A stretch of DNA of 60,708 nt, the filler included, from Dimargaris cristalligena (taxonomy: Eukaryota): assembly GCA_003614675.1 (NCBI GenBank). It is 4 parts of 4 records of this genome, joined end to end, with 100 filler letters (N's around TTAATTAATTAA, not from the genome) between each part and the next. Parts side by side here need not be neighbours in the genome. Positions count along the whole stretch, not along the records: positions 1 to 15,124 come from ML002910.1; positions 15,225 to 30,335 come from ML002911.1; 2 more parts are not named here. The stretch is one strand, 5' to 3'. Shown piece by piece: positions 12,626-27,946 of the stretch (positions are counted from its first letter, which is position 1; every line of letters begins with the position of its first letter). The notes below the pieces were generated by a model. That model was given only the letters and a program-made list of their open reading frames with translations, ran no database searches and had not been told where the DNA came from. Both the position numbers and the translations under genes were made by a program.

Positions 12626-15124
12626 CCCTTATCCCTTATTCAGGGGCCCATCCCGGACGGGCATACCTGTCTGAGTGTGTGAATATGGATGGCAAATGGG
12701 TGGCCGGACAACTTTCGGATGGCTCACAACCCTACCAGTCACGCCCGCTATAACCCCCAGTAGTGAGTGAATCGGAGCCGAACTGAAAAACACTTCAACG
12801 AGGTGATACGTTCAACTAAGCCATACATAGACGTAGGCATAGTCAGATAAACATACACATACGCACATGATGAGGTCGTCCATTCTGATGCGTATCCCCT
12901 TATGCAATCACTCGTTCATTCACTGACGTCCATTCGTCTTGACCCTCGGTAGCCCGGCTACTGTTGCCCGCAAACAGGGGACCCAAAATAAATACTAGCC
13001 TTCACTACCACCACTACCCCCCTCCCCTCACTCGCCCCACTCCCGAAAAAAATAAAATGGTGTATATATCAAAAAGGCTTGACAATGAAGGGAAAATCGG
13101 ACCATCAGATTTCCCGAGCACGTTGGGGCTGGTCAGGCGATCGGTCGGTCAACGTTGACCTTTTTTTGAGACCGACACCTACTTCGTACTAGATGGAAAG
13201 GGTTATTTTAAGGGGTAAAGATGTGTGATTTACTGCCGACTTGCCCCTGGAATGTGGACGGGGAATCGGACTATACATTCCACTTGAATCTAGGTTCCTT
13301 CCGCCAGTCCCGTCCGCACTGCACTAGACCCGACGAAAACCAAATGACTCACAGATTACCTACCGAGTTCAAGGAAGGAAGAAAGGGAGTAGTATATGGG
13401 TGGTGTATAATATACCAATCGGAAGATTACATCGATACGGGTGTGGCTAACAAAAGTTGGATAACGCACCACCTACCGTTATTGGGTTGAATTATTAGCC
13501 AGCGAGGTTAGCGGCGATTATAATCATCTTATTTTCCTTCTAATCGACCATGTATCGCCCAATCTCCGGCTACTTCGGACCAGCCATATGCCTCCCCTGT
13601 ATACCCTTTTTAGCTGACCGGCCATTCCTTTGAGGATACCAATTTTCGGCTCTTGCGCTGATGTGCATGAATGAATCGATGTATCTAGGCATCATCAATG
13701 GAAATGTGTATTATATATATTCGTTATTGCTAGTGGGCCACATCCCTATCTCCTCGCATACGCCCCCACCCACCCCCTCACCTCCTTTGCCAGGTCAATT
13801 GGAATGGGCCGGATTAGTTGCAGCACCTTCGTCCGAAGAGCGGAGCCGATGCTCCGGAATTTTATTCTGCAATCGACATGGGCTGATGTGGCATTACGGA
13901 ATATAGGGGAAACGTAACCCTATCTCTAGACATTCGAGGGAAGGGATATAGTGGGGCTGATCCGCCGGCTCGGCAGGGTGCCCAAATCGGGTAAGCTGTT
14001 GAGTGGATGAGGTTTATTTAGTTGGTGAATATCTTCTCTCTTTGTCTATTTTGTATAGGGAAATACATGTATGCAGATTGGTTATTGAGCTATACCACCA
14101 AATCGCACGATTCAAATCACCTTTATTATCTAATAGGAGACCCCCCGATGGTGATGACACCTCTGCAGAAGGATTAGGGAGGCTTACTAATGGAAGACCT
14201 AATTGGCCGCCAAGGCTACATGTCATGAGGGTGGCTTGTATGACGTATTATAGGATGTGTTACCCGAAAAAACCTAATAGAGCCAACCCCAGACCCAGAA
14301 AAGTAGTTTGCCCAGTAGTTACTGGTTGACGACCCAACCACACATCCAGTCATTCCATTATATTTTATGCCGCAGACAGGAATCCCCCATATCACACACG
14401 AAACACACCGAGAATATTCTTCGATTGTCAGGGTCGAGTGAGGGGGGATTCGGCCTCTCTTGCTCGTCGATAGCAAACTAACCCGTTTCCTTACTACGGC
14501 AGTCGTCAGCAGTGGCTGTCATCTTCTCCCACTACTACTACTACAATTACATGACGTGGCACTGTCCCGTAAAAAGTGTGGCCATGTGCGGTGGTAGCGC
14601 CAAGATTCAATGGATTACGACGAGCTCCAGACCTGGCTTTTCATACCTCTCTCTCTCCCTCTCTTTCAATTATCACTTGGCCATTCCCTGCTACATTATC
14701 TCCACGTACCCTCTCTTTTATTGTTTCAGGATTTCCTCCAACCGGTTCGTGAGGGTGATTAGCCCCTATTGATCCGATGTCCGTCTGGGCGTTGGGTCAA
14801 GCCACGTTCACGCCAAGCACGAAGAAAAAAATAGGGAAAATGATACAACGGCCACCGATATGGATCATCCGTGAATGGATAGGAGAGGATGCAAACAAAG
14901 GGTGCATGTATAATATATAGATATATAGATATTTATAACAACCCAAGTGGGGTGTGGATAGAGTAGGTCGGTGGTGGTAGATCCTGAAATATAAGGGAGG
15001 AAGAATAGGCTGATGGGCAAACAATCCAATGGTATTGAAGTGGAGAGTGGGCTTACCGTAGCTGGGGGGGCAGAGTGCATCAACCACATTACCCAGCCAA
15101 ACCTTCATTAGTCATCATGTGGGG

Positions 15125-15224
15125 NNNNNNNNNNNNNNNNNNNNNNNNNNNNNNNNNNNNNNNNNNNNTTAATTAATTAANNNNNNNNNNNNNNNNNNNN
15201 NNNNNNNNNNNNNNNNNNNNNNNN
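15125..15224. other. Artificial contig linker
   Basis: 100-nt N run containing TTAATTAATTAA (stops in all frames); same structure as the other two gaps. Confidence 0.97.
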
Positions 15225-15277
15225 TGGATATTGGTCCCACATGTGGGGCAGGGCGTGGCGTGTTGCTCCAGCCAGGC

Positions 15278-16893
15278 CTAGTAGGGGCCCGTCGGCAGGG
15301 GCGATTCATACTCGATGGTCATGCGCAAGGGGCCCAGGGCGGGACCAGCCGGATTTCCCAGACCATTGTACTCCTCGTAGGCGGTGATGGCATTCTCCGT
15401 CAAAAAAGTGCCCCGCTGATCCCAGTTGGCCGGATATTCGTGGTCGTCGTAGGAATAGTAGAGGGGCATCCGTTGGTGCAGGGCCGTGGTATCACGGCTC
15501 CGGTAGGCCTGGCGGAACTTACGACGGAAATCCTCAATGGTGAAGAGGGGGGTACTGGGCTGGTCCACATAAATAAAATCTCCGGTGAACATAAAGAACT
15601 CTAGGGCATGTTGAGTAATACTCCGTAAGCCAGCGATAGAACTCCACTGTAGCGGCCGGTAGGGGAAGTTGGGTAGCATACAGGACCCCGAACCGAAATT
15701 GAATCGGACCCCGGCTTTTTGCGGGTTGAGTCGATCCACCGGAGGGGGTGCCGTACGGAAACCCACGCGATTTAATTCACGGTGGAATGACCACCCGGGT
15801 AGGTGCCGAACGGCCCGGACGAGGTATTTGGTGGACGGTTCTAAGTCTCGGATTTCGGCCATGTTAGTGAAGTCCCGCTCGGAATTAGGTTGCACATCGA
15901 AGAGGCGTTTCCATTTTAAACCATGGGCGGAGTCCATAGCGGAATCCCCCAAGGCGCTGGCTATGGTGGTAGTCAGCGATGGATTTAGTAGCTCATCGTA
16001 ATAGGGAGCCTCCAGAAGGGTCGAATTCCCGATTACGGCAATCATGAGGGTCAAATTGGGCGACTGGGAGTCCCGGATGACCACCTTCGCCGTAGTGGCG
16101 GTAAAGTGTCCTACCTTCAAAAATGCCACATCCCGGCCCAGGTCCAAGGCGCTTGGGGCATAGACAAAGTCGTAAAAGGCAGCCAATGACAATAGGCTGG
16201 GTATAAGCAGTATGAGGTTGATGGTCGGGAGTAGACTCAACTTATGGGCTGGAGATGATGTGCCCTTCGGAGGATTACTACTTCGTCCCCCAACAGTCTT
16301 CTGGGTCAGTATTGACGATAATTTCGCACCGGGAGATGGTGGTTCAAAAAGGTTCGGGTTCTTTACTTTGGGCTTCGGCTCAGGCGGCTTGGAATTAGTT
16401 ACGTAATTGCGGTAGGTATCTACTGCCGCGACAACTATCCATAGGATAGCTAAGATACCGGTGAGTAGGCGAACAATAAATGTGATAGGGGCAACCGGTA
16501 GCCTATTTATTAGCGACAAGTACCCCAAAGTAGACCCATGTGTACCCCCGCAGATAAAGTAGGTTAGCTAGGAATTGGAGAATAGTGCACAAGGATAATA
16601 ATACCCGATAGTCCACGTGGCTTAGAGGAGGGGAAAGCAATAACCACGCTCCATAAATAGTGGATGGGTAACCCCAATCCTCACCCCTCTCTCAATATAA
16701 TGAGTACCACCTCCATTCGCACCCGATCAATAATACACCGATGTTGACTGACTTACCTGCGCAACAGAAAGTAGATGGCGTAGGTATGAGCGACTATTGT
16801 CGAAACAAGACCAACCTCAAGCGCCACTAGGACTTGAAATAGGGTAATATTTTTCAGAAAGGCGACCACTAGCCGACTAATGAAGGACCCCAT
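15278..16893 (-). CDS. PhoD-like (alkaline phosphatase D family) membrane-anchored metallophosphatase; exons 16893-16757 and 16502 onward; C-terminal part missing
   Basis: GSCMLPNFPY, FMFTGDFIYVD and YDDHE motifs; GTAAGT donor and CTAAT...TAG acceptor give in-frame IYFLLRRLPVAP; hydrophobic N-terminus; similarity stops after GNP near the contig end. Confidence 0.85.
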
Positions 16894-18513
16894 GTTTGTG
16901 TAGTCAGTTGGTTATGGGGTTACGGCTCAAGGGGAAATGTGTATAGAAGGTACCCGTCGATACAAAAGAGACGAATTGGAAACAAACATGAATAACCCGT
17001 CGTAACCGACAATGCTTGGTTTTATATGCGAAATCGCCAACTAGGCCTACTTTACCTGGAGTCTGGAAAATATACCTGTCTTTAGCATAAGAGACTTCCC
17101 CCCAAATGGCAGCAGCCGTTCCTCAGCCCCTCAGGGACGATTGCATACAAGTTGAGGAACATACTTCGTTATAAGATCCTGGATTTTGACATTATTATAT
17201 TACCAGGGTTAAGTCATTATATTGACTATTTTTATCGCTAGTATAACCAAGCATCGGGGTATGGTCTCTCTCCGCGGGATTTTTAAGAATAGATCTCCCC
17301 GTACAATTATTCGGGATATTTTTATTTGTTGGGTGAAACGGTTCCCTCTTCTGATATTTAATAACTAGCCCTTTGATGCCAACTTATTGTTTTTCGTCTC
17401 ATCCGTATAGTCCCCTTATAGGGATAAAACATTCCTTAATAAGAGTGCCCGGATATTTAACTGGTTTAAGTACCTGTTTATCTAAGCCACCGATCGACCC
17501 GTGGTACCTGTCGATTCCCGAAAGTCGGGCTGTTTGGAGCAAAGGGGTTCAGAAATGACCCTGGGGGGTCGGGAGTTGAGAACTTTCTATTCCGTCTTAG
17601 AGCACTTGGCCTGGTGGTTGTCCCAAAAGCAGTAACTGGTGTGGGTTGGCTGGGTGACGTAACCAATTGGCCAGCCCAGCCAGGGTAGGGGAGATAATAA
17701 ATCCACCCGATAAATTCAGTGAGGACCTTGGGCATTGACCCCGTGACTTGGCAAAGTTCAGGCAGATAGTTTACATAAATGTGAACTGGTGGAGTTGCCC
17801 CAGTATTGGCAGTGACCAGCTGAGCAGGATGCATCACTATCCTGGAATATTATCCAGGGGGTGTACTTATCGGGTGGGCCCTACATAGGTGTTGCTCGTT
17901 GGCTATAGTCAACCCGGATTGGTCTCTCTTTCGAAAAGGTGCGGTAGGGTATGGGTTGGCTTTGACCACCTATCGGGTCTGTCGTCTTGACATATGGGAT
18001 GTATGTCAAACACGATTGTCCAATTAATTGCGACTTACTATAATCTATTCAACTGGTTACTAGTTTTCCCCAACCCCAATTCGGTGCTCATACAATGCGT
18101 GCCGGTTTTTATACCGTGTTATATTTACGCTGTAGTCACAGTGTCTACAACTCTTTTAGATAGCTAAGGAATTCGATATTTATGGGGCGGGGTTTCGAAA
18201 TCCGACCCTCCTTGGGCCCCTTAGCAGCCAAAATCTGCCTCTAATATATGGATATTCCGCCGGATCTTAAGCACTGGTGGAAACCCGTGAATACTATGTA
18301 TGTTTGCTAATACTTTATACAAAATGGCACGGACGTGTGGTTAAAAGACGAATAACTTTTTGCATGTGTAAACCTCCGGGGGAATTGCGAGCCGGCCGGC
18401 CCGTTAGTCGACAGACGCATAGGGATATAGTAACCTTTACCGGTTCGTAAATGGGGCCGATTGTAGGGTTCTAAGTTGGGCCTGCCAGAGCAACTGGCTT
18501 GGCTACCCACCGT

Positions 18514-18816
18514 TTATGTTTGTGGCTCGCCCGTCGTGCTGTGGAGTGGTGGTTGGGAGGAGGACCCACCACCACTATCTGTGGCAAAGCCGGGCCCCTT
18601 CGGGTCCTTGTCGTCACTTGGTGGTGATTTCTGTTGTTGTTGTTGGGCCGATTCCATGCGACGAACCTTTTCCTCCCAATCGGCGTTGGTGTCGTTCCAG
18701 CTGACTGGGTGCATCCGACGGCGGGCGTCAATGTCCTTCCGAGCGTAATAGAAGGCGATGCCGGCGGCGAAAATGAGCGAGCCCCAACCGTATAGTACGG
18801 ACGACGGAGTATTCAT
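18514..18816 (-). CDS. Small single-pass membrane protein, fungal DUF4748-like (100 aa)
   Basis: MNTPSSVLYGWGSLIFAAGIAFYYARKDIDARRR matches the MNT...GWG...YYxAxKxIxxRR pattern I recognise for DUF4748; the real start is the internal ATG of the 229-aa ORF. Confidence 0.75.
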   Translation of the reverse strand: MNTPSSVLYGWGSLIFAAGIAFYYARKDIDARRRMHPVSWNDTNADWEEKVRRMESAQQQQQKSPPSDDKDPKGPGFATDSGGGSSSQPPLHSTTGEPQT

Positions 18817-19464
18817 GGGGGAAATTTTGATAGGCGCAGGGGGGATAAGGTAGGAAGAAAAGTCACTTGGGAAAGTGTTGGTAGGGAAGGAGAGAGGGAT
18901 TGGAAGGTACGCGGAACTGACAAAACCACTTGAAATCGTATTTTTGGGATTAAACGAGGAGAAGCGTTGGGGGTTGAAAAACCACTTGTTTAGGGAATCA
19001 GCTAGGCTGGTCCAACAAAGATAGTTGGGCCAGAGGCTAGCATACCGGTGCATAAAATGGGGAGAAAGTAGAGCCGAGAGTGCCTCTATGAAACCGCTCT
19101 GCATCCACTGCTTACGAAAGTGGGTTTTACAATCCCCTCTCCCCAATAGGGATGCTGCTCCCTTCATGTCTGTAAGCGGGCACGTGCCCCCGTATATATC
19201 CATTACGCAGCAAATTGGCAGAGACTTGGGATATGTATAGTTCCGGAGACATAATATATTTAGTCGGGCCGTTAAAACCGAAACCCCCGCGGAATCCTCC
19301 CACCCTGATAGAGTTTGAAAAATAAGCCTCCCACGGAAAGGTGGGTAAGGCAGGCGTATATTGCGGTTTAGCTTATTAACTACTACTAATTGTAAATGTG
19401 GGGATTGGTGCTTTGTATTTAATTAAAATTACTTGGATTCATATATGATTTAATCATATTGCCA

Positions 19465-20704
19465 CTAATCCGATGCTTCATGCCCCTCCGTGGCCCCGGC
19501 TATAGGGGCGTACAGGCGGAATTCGGGGGGAAGACCCTCTTCGTTTGATGGCTGTTCCGCAAAATACACCCGGCGGAGTCGGCAGTTGGCATGGATGGTC
19601 ACCCGCAGGGTTTCCTTATAGCGGGTGCCAGATGTATCGAATACCAATCGATTTAGATCGAGCTGGACTTGGTTCCAGTCGGGGTCCCATTTCAAGGGAA
19701 TAGCTGCTTGATTATTAACTGTCCGGACAGCGGGCTATTGCCAAGGTTTTGGATAACATAGACAAAGGATTAAAAACATACTGATAGAATACTAAATACC
19801 GATTGCATAAAAGTGGGATACTGGAGGGATTATATAATTTGTCGAATCGAACGAGGTGGGGGACTATAGCAGTGTCCTTATCAAGTACGGGGGATTATAT
19901 AAGGGCATTAAATACCACCGGTTTTAGGCATTGTCGCACGGTTTTTACCTGAAAGTTAGATAAGCGTAGAGACCGAATATGATCTTGGGTGTCGCGAACA
20001 GTAACCTCTAGCGTAAAATACCGCCCTAGATTCTTGATCATCAAGCCGAGAATAGGTAGCCGGATGCCAAGCTCCTGCTGGGCCCCGGCCGGACAACTAA
20101 TATAGGTCTGTCGGATATCATCACTGACTAATTCTAGGACCGGTGCCTCAACCATGTCATCAACGATAAGAGCGATCTGGGTATGTTCCGACTCGTCGTC
20201 CGAGTCGTCGTTTTTGGATCTATCCACATTTTGATCCCATATCTGCAACGGCTTGGATCTAGGTACACGGGCGAAACGGGATTTGTAAAATATTTTACAC
20301 CAATATACCAGCGGTGAGTATATGGAGTTCAACCGTATGGAAAACAACCGCGAGGATAAATGAGTCGGTCGACATGGTGTATAAGATCACGGAAGGCGAT
20401 CACAGACTATACATCGCAAAATGCTTTGTAGAGAGGCATCTTATCAACTAAAACTGCTAATCTTACGTGAGGCTGTAGAATAGCGATATAAGACCGCCCT
20501 AAAACGAGCCACCGGGCAATTGATATTAGGGAATACCGCGGGAAAATATAAACGAATATAAAGAATATAGAATGGATAATTAAGTGAGGCGTTTATTAGT
20601 ATGCACTAGAGCGGTCCCTGGGTAACTCGGCTCTACAAAATACAGGTTTATATTGGCTTGGGCTGAGGGATTGGTCAACCTACCTGGTGGCGATTTCGGA
20701 ACAT
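19465..20704 (-). CDS. CFAP20: CFAP20/Bug22 homolog; exons 20704-20684, 20498-20467, 20258-19949, 19734-19465
   Basis: Spliced product MFRNRHQ-GGLISLFYSLT-SKPLQIWD...TYISCP...LGIRLP...IKNLGRYFTLEV...SNFQ-...WNQVQLDL...GTRYKETLRVTIHANCRLRRVYF...LPPEFRLY is colinear with CFAP20; all introns are GT-AG and in phase. Confidence 0.92.
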
Positions 20705-21461
20705 ACACGGTGAACTGGTGTGAAGAAGAATGCAAAGCAGGTCTCGGTAAATTGATTCTAAAGTCGCGTTCAATGGTGGACACCTAAGGGGCCCAATGGA
20801 GCGGCGTAGGGCCTGCTATAAGGGGAGCTTCTTCCTACTGTTCGCGTAAAAAGGCAACAATACACCAGTTAGGTTCCGAATGAGGTTTGGGCTAGCTGAC
20901 AACCAGAGGAGCTGTATTGGTTTTAGGAGTAAAGCGCAACACTTAGGTCGGAATCGGAATGGGAATCAGGAGTGTTGGTATATATCGAATGCTGCAACAG
21001 GCTTAGGCGGGTTAAGTCACAGTTATTTATTAGCTGACTCGACATATCCAATAGCAACTAACCTGTCAGCACTCCAGTTCCCATTAACCTATCTGCCCGG
21101 GACTGGACGGTATGGCCCCGGGCTTGCGCAAGTCGTTTTGGGGTTAGTAACTCAAGCATTCAATAGGCCCCTAATATCTCCCGCTGGAAAAACTTTTTCA
21201 AAGTATACTCCCATTCGAAGCATTGGGCTGCGCACGGCACTAGACTAAAGAGAGGGAGACTACCTTGGAGCTCGAAACCCCCTAATCAACCCAACTACCG
21301 TGTTTTCTTTTGTGCATTGCCCTATTGAACCTTGCTCGGGACCTTCCCAAATCGCCCTCCAGAAGAGCGGATATTCTCCTCCAAGTTACCCGTTTGGGGC
21401 GAGACTCTCAAAAGACCGAACTCTCATTTAAACTACATCATTGCCTCGATCGTCACTCGTC

Positions 21462-23196
21462 ATGTTGACCCTATCGCTTCGCTGTTGCTCGGCCCGCTGG
21501 GCTTCTCGGGCCCCAAGCGTACCCATGGGAACCACCCTCCGCTCACGGCCATTCGCCTCTGGACTTGTGCGTTGGAGCAATAGCGCCCCTATTTCACCGG
21601 TTAGTTCGGGTAAGTGTATCTATATAGGTAAAAATAATTTTTAGTATGGTTTTGATCAATATAGTAGAAGGGGTTCCAGCCGGGCGTATCGATTAGTGTA
21701 TCTGGAGGTCGAGTGGAGCACCCTTCCCCCATCACATTTCTTATTGATTTACGGCAACTGTATTGTGTCCAACATAACTAACTGTAACTACATGTATATA
21801 TCCTGCATCCGACTCACCGCCGTTCTTTACCGGTTCAGACTCATCCTCCACCATCACCGTGTTCGATAAGGAATACCCCCGGGACGACTACACCAACGTG
21901 ACTCCTTCCATTCTCGCCCGAACCCAGCGCCGCCTGCATCTCAACCCGGCCCACCCGCTGGGCATCCTCACGCACATTATTTACGACCACTTTCCGCACT
22001 TCAAACGCCACGATGCCCTGTCGCCCGTCGTTTCCACGCACGCCAATTTTGATTCGCTCCTGTTCCCCCCGGACCACCCCGGTCGCAGCCGGCATGACGC
22101 CTACTACGTGAACCGAACCACGATGCTACGCAGCCATACCTCGGCCCACGAGGTGGAGGTCATGCGCGACCACGGCCATCGGGCTTTTTTCGTCGCCGCC
22201 GATGTGTACCGCCGCGACGAAATCGATGCCACCCATTATCCCGTGTTCCACCAAATCGAAGGGGTGCGTACTTTCTCCCCAACCGAATTAAGCGACGGTA
22301 CCCTCACCCGGGAAATCGCCGAAATGCAGGCGTTCATTGACCGCACCGGTATCACCCGAACCTCCGAAGAACCCGCCGTGCGTGATAATCCCCCCCGGCT
22401 CCAACCCGAACATCATTCCGCGCGGGCGGCGGACGTGGCCCTGGTATTGGAACATTTGAAAACCTCCCTCAATTACTGGGTCGCCGCCATTTTCTCCCGG
22501 ATCGCCCACCCCTCTTCTTCTTCTTCTTCTTCATCATCATCAGCATCCACTACGGCGGTCGCTCCGGAACCTATCGAAGTCCGCTGGATCGAAGGCAGTT
22601 TCCCCCACACCACCCCGAGTTTCGAAATCGAAATCAAATACCAAGGGCAATGGCTCGAAGTGTGTGGCTGCGGTATTATCCAACAGGCGATGCTGAAAGC
22701 CGGCGGCATTTCCGACCATATCGGTTGGGCCGTCGGGTTCGGCCTGGAACGTCTGGCCATGGTCCTTTTCAACATTCCCGACATTCGCCTGTTCTGGAGT
22801 GAAGACCCCCGCTTCCTCGACCAGTTCCAACCCGGACGTATCAACCGTTTCGTGCCGTATTCGAAATACCCCCCTTGTCTGAAGGATATTAGCTTTTGGC
22901 TCCCCGAACCGACCCATCCTACAGCCACTACTACCGACCCCGATGCTACTGCCGTCGCGGGGACCGAATTCCACGAAAATGACTTCATGGAACTGGTCCG
23001 CGAAATCGCCCAGGATCTGGTGGAAGATGTTAAGCTGGTGGATAGCTTCAAGCACCCCAAAACCGGTCGGATGAGCCACTGCTATCGTATCGTATACCGT
23101 TCCATGGATCGGAGTGTCACTAATGAGGAAATTAACGTGATTCAGGAGGAGGTTCGCACCCGCGTGGCTAACCAGCTGGGACTCGCTCTGCGCTAG
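21462..23196 (+). CDS. MSF1: Mitochondrial phenylalanyl-tRNA synthetase; exons 21462-21609, 21839-23196
   Basis: LRSHTSAH, DVYRRDEIDATHYPVFHQIEG, GFGLERLAM and PDIRLFWS motifs plus C-terminal FDX anticodon-binding domain (HPKTGRMSHCYRIVYRSMDR); Arg/Ser-rich presequence in exon 1. Confidence 0.96.
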
Positions 23197-23640
23197 ATAT
23201 CACCTACCACCAACTGTAAATGGTCCCGCTGATAGCAGCCGGTGGTCAGTAAACAACATATCGTTAGTCCCCCTATTTTACATAAAGATTATTTAGTGTT
23301 TAATTTGGATTGATACCCATTGCAAAACTCACCTTTAATATATATAATAGGGTATTTTGGATCTATGTTACACCGCAGATCAAACGGTGTATATTGGATT
23401 TATAGAATTGTGCACCATGGGCATATTATTGTATTGATCAAAGCATCAGCATAGAAAATAATATGTACGGGAGTCAACTGACTCTTATGGAGGGGATAGT
23501 ACAGCAAAAAAAGGGGGGGAATAGTTATATATAAGAAAAAAGGGGGTGGGGCGAACCCTCCCTCCCCCTTCTTGCACCTTCCAATGAGCAGAAAAATGCC
23601 GGCGCTAATGCTTTAATTGAGACGAGCGAACTCCTAAGGA

Positions 23641-26748
<3,108 letters not shown>

Positions 26749-26930
26749 GGTTGTAATCCCACGTATATAGATTGACTAATGGTGGTGATGGATGAGGGAA
26801 TTAAAAGGGAATGAAGAGGTGGGGCGGGGTTTAACGCAAAGACAAGAGCAATGTCTTAAATCTACAGATGTCTGAACAAATAGGGAAAAGACTAAGCAAG
26901 CCGATTGAATGAGAACTACTGTACAAAGCC

Positions 26931-26984
26931 AATTCGTTTTTAAAAAACTCATTATGTTAATAGAGGGGAAAGAAAAATTTTTCC
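26931..26984 (+). repeat. Left terminal direct repeat of the retroelement (may extend further right)
   Basis: AATTCGTTTTTAAAAAACTCATTATGTTAATAGAGGGGAAAGAAAAATTTTTCC, identical to 30282-30335. Confidence 0.92.
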
Positions 26985-27247
26985 GTAAAAATATTACTTT
27001 CCCCGAAGTAGAAAGGAAAAATTTCCATGCGAAAATTTATTTCTCTATCTTTCTCCTTCTTTTATTCCTTGTGAATAAAAGTTAGGTAGTGATCGTTTTA
27101 TTATCAGGTCTCTATACTAACCGAATACTCATCTCGTCCCCTTTAGGGTCCTTCGACTCCCTCTGCTTCGATTTAGTATCTATAGTTCCACCCCGTTAAA
27201 AACTCTCTACCAATTCACCCTACCTCTCGTGGCTTTCCAGTAATATT

Positions 27248-27946
27248 TTGTCTCAGTTCTTCGAAGGGCGAGTACACACCCGAGGGGTTCTCCTTAAGGA
27301 ACGGATCAACGAGCATCAAGGATCAGCGTTGGTCGATCACCACGGTCAGAACCACTTGGACAGACCACTCCCCGACGTCGTTTGTCAACCCCTTAGTCAC
27401 TCCCGTCCCACAATGTACACCCAAGACCAATAACCTATAAGTTTGTGGGTTGATTACCTCCTCCTGTCGTCACCCTTACCCGCCGTGTCCCACCTCATCC
27501 GTCCCCGTTGGGACACCTACGCTGCTAAGATGTCCCTTAAGTCCCATAAGGAATATCTGGTTGGCCAAATATTGGGGTCCCCCACCATCATCGGGGTGCC
27601 AAATACTGTAGCCATTAAACAAGATCTTGCTAGTGACCCCTGAGTATATTCCATGGGGATGCTAGTGGGTGCAGTGGCTGGTACTCTATTATCGTGCTTA
27701 ACCCTCAATCAAATAAAGGTGACAGTTGGTATTGAGGTTGTATGCACCTCTCAAATGACGTGTGGAAATACCTTGGTACCGAACAGCGTGCTACGTTTAC
27801 AAGTCTCTGCCGTTTGGTTCATGGTGGAAAAACGTAACCAAGATACCAGGGTGACAACGCAGGTCATCATGAGGTTGAAAAGTAACCACTCGGACGGTGC
27901 TAAGGCAAACCCAGCAATGGGTAAGCCTGGCACCCGTCAGGATTAA
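27248..27946 (+). pseudogene. Possible decayed ORF1 (gag position) of the retroelement
   Basis: ORFs 27248-27433, 27443-27643 and 27653-27946 share one frame, are separated by single stops and overlap the start of the RT ORF; no recognisable domain. Confidence 0.3.

Noticed and set aside
15125..15224. TTAATTAATTAA palindrome repeated about every 15.2 kb
   Set aside because: Artificial linker between concatenated contigs, not biological periodicity.
17540..17860. Stretch with a short LRALGLVVVPK resemblance to RT, possible TE relic
   Set aside because: Only a few residues match and no catalytic motif is present.
18817..19203. N-terminal 129 codons of the 229-aa ORF
   Set aside because: Non-coding-like composition; family similarity starts at the internal Met at 18816.
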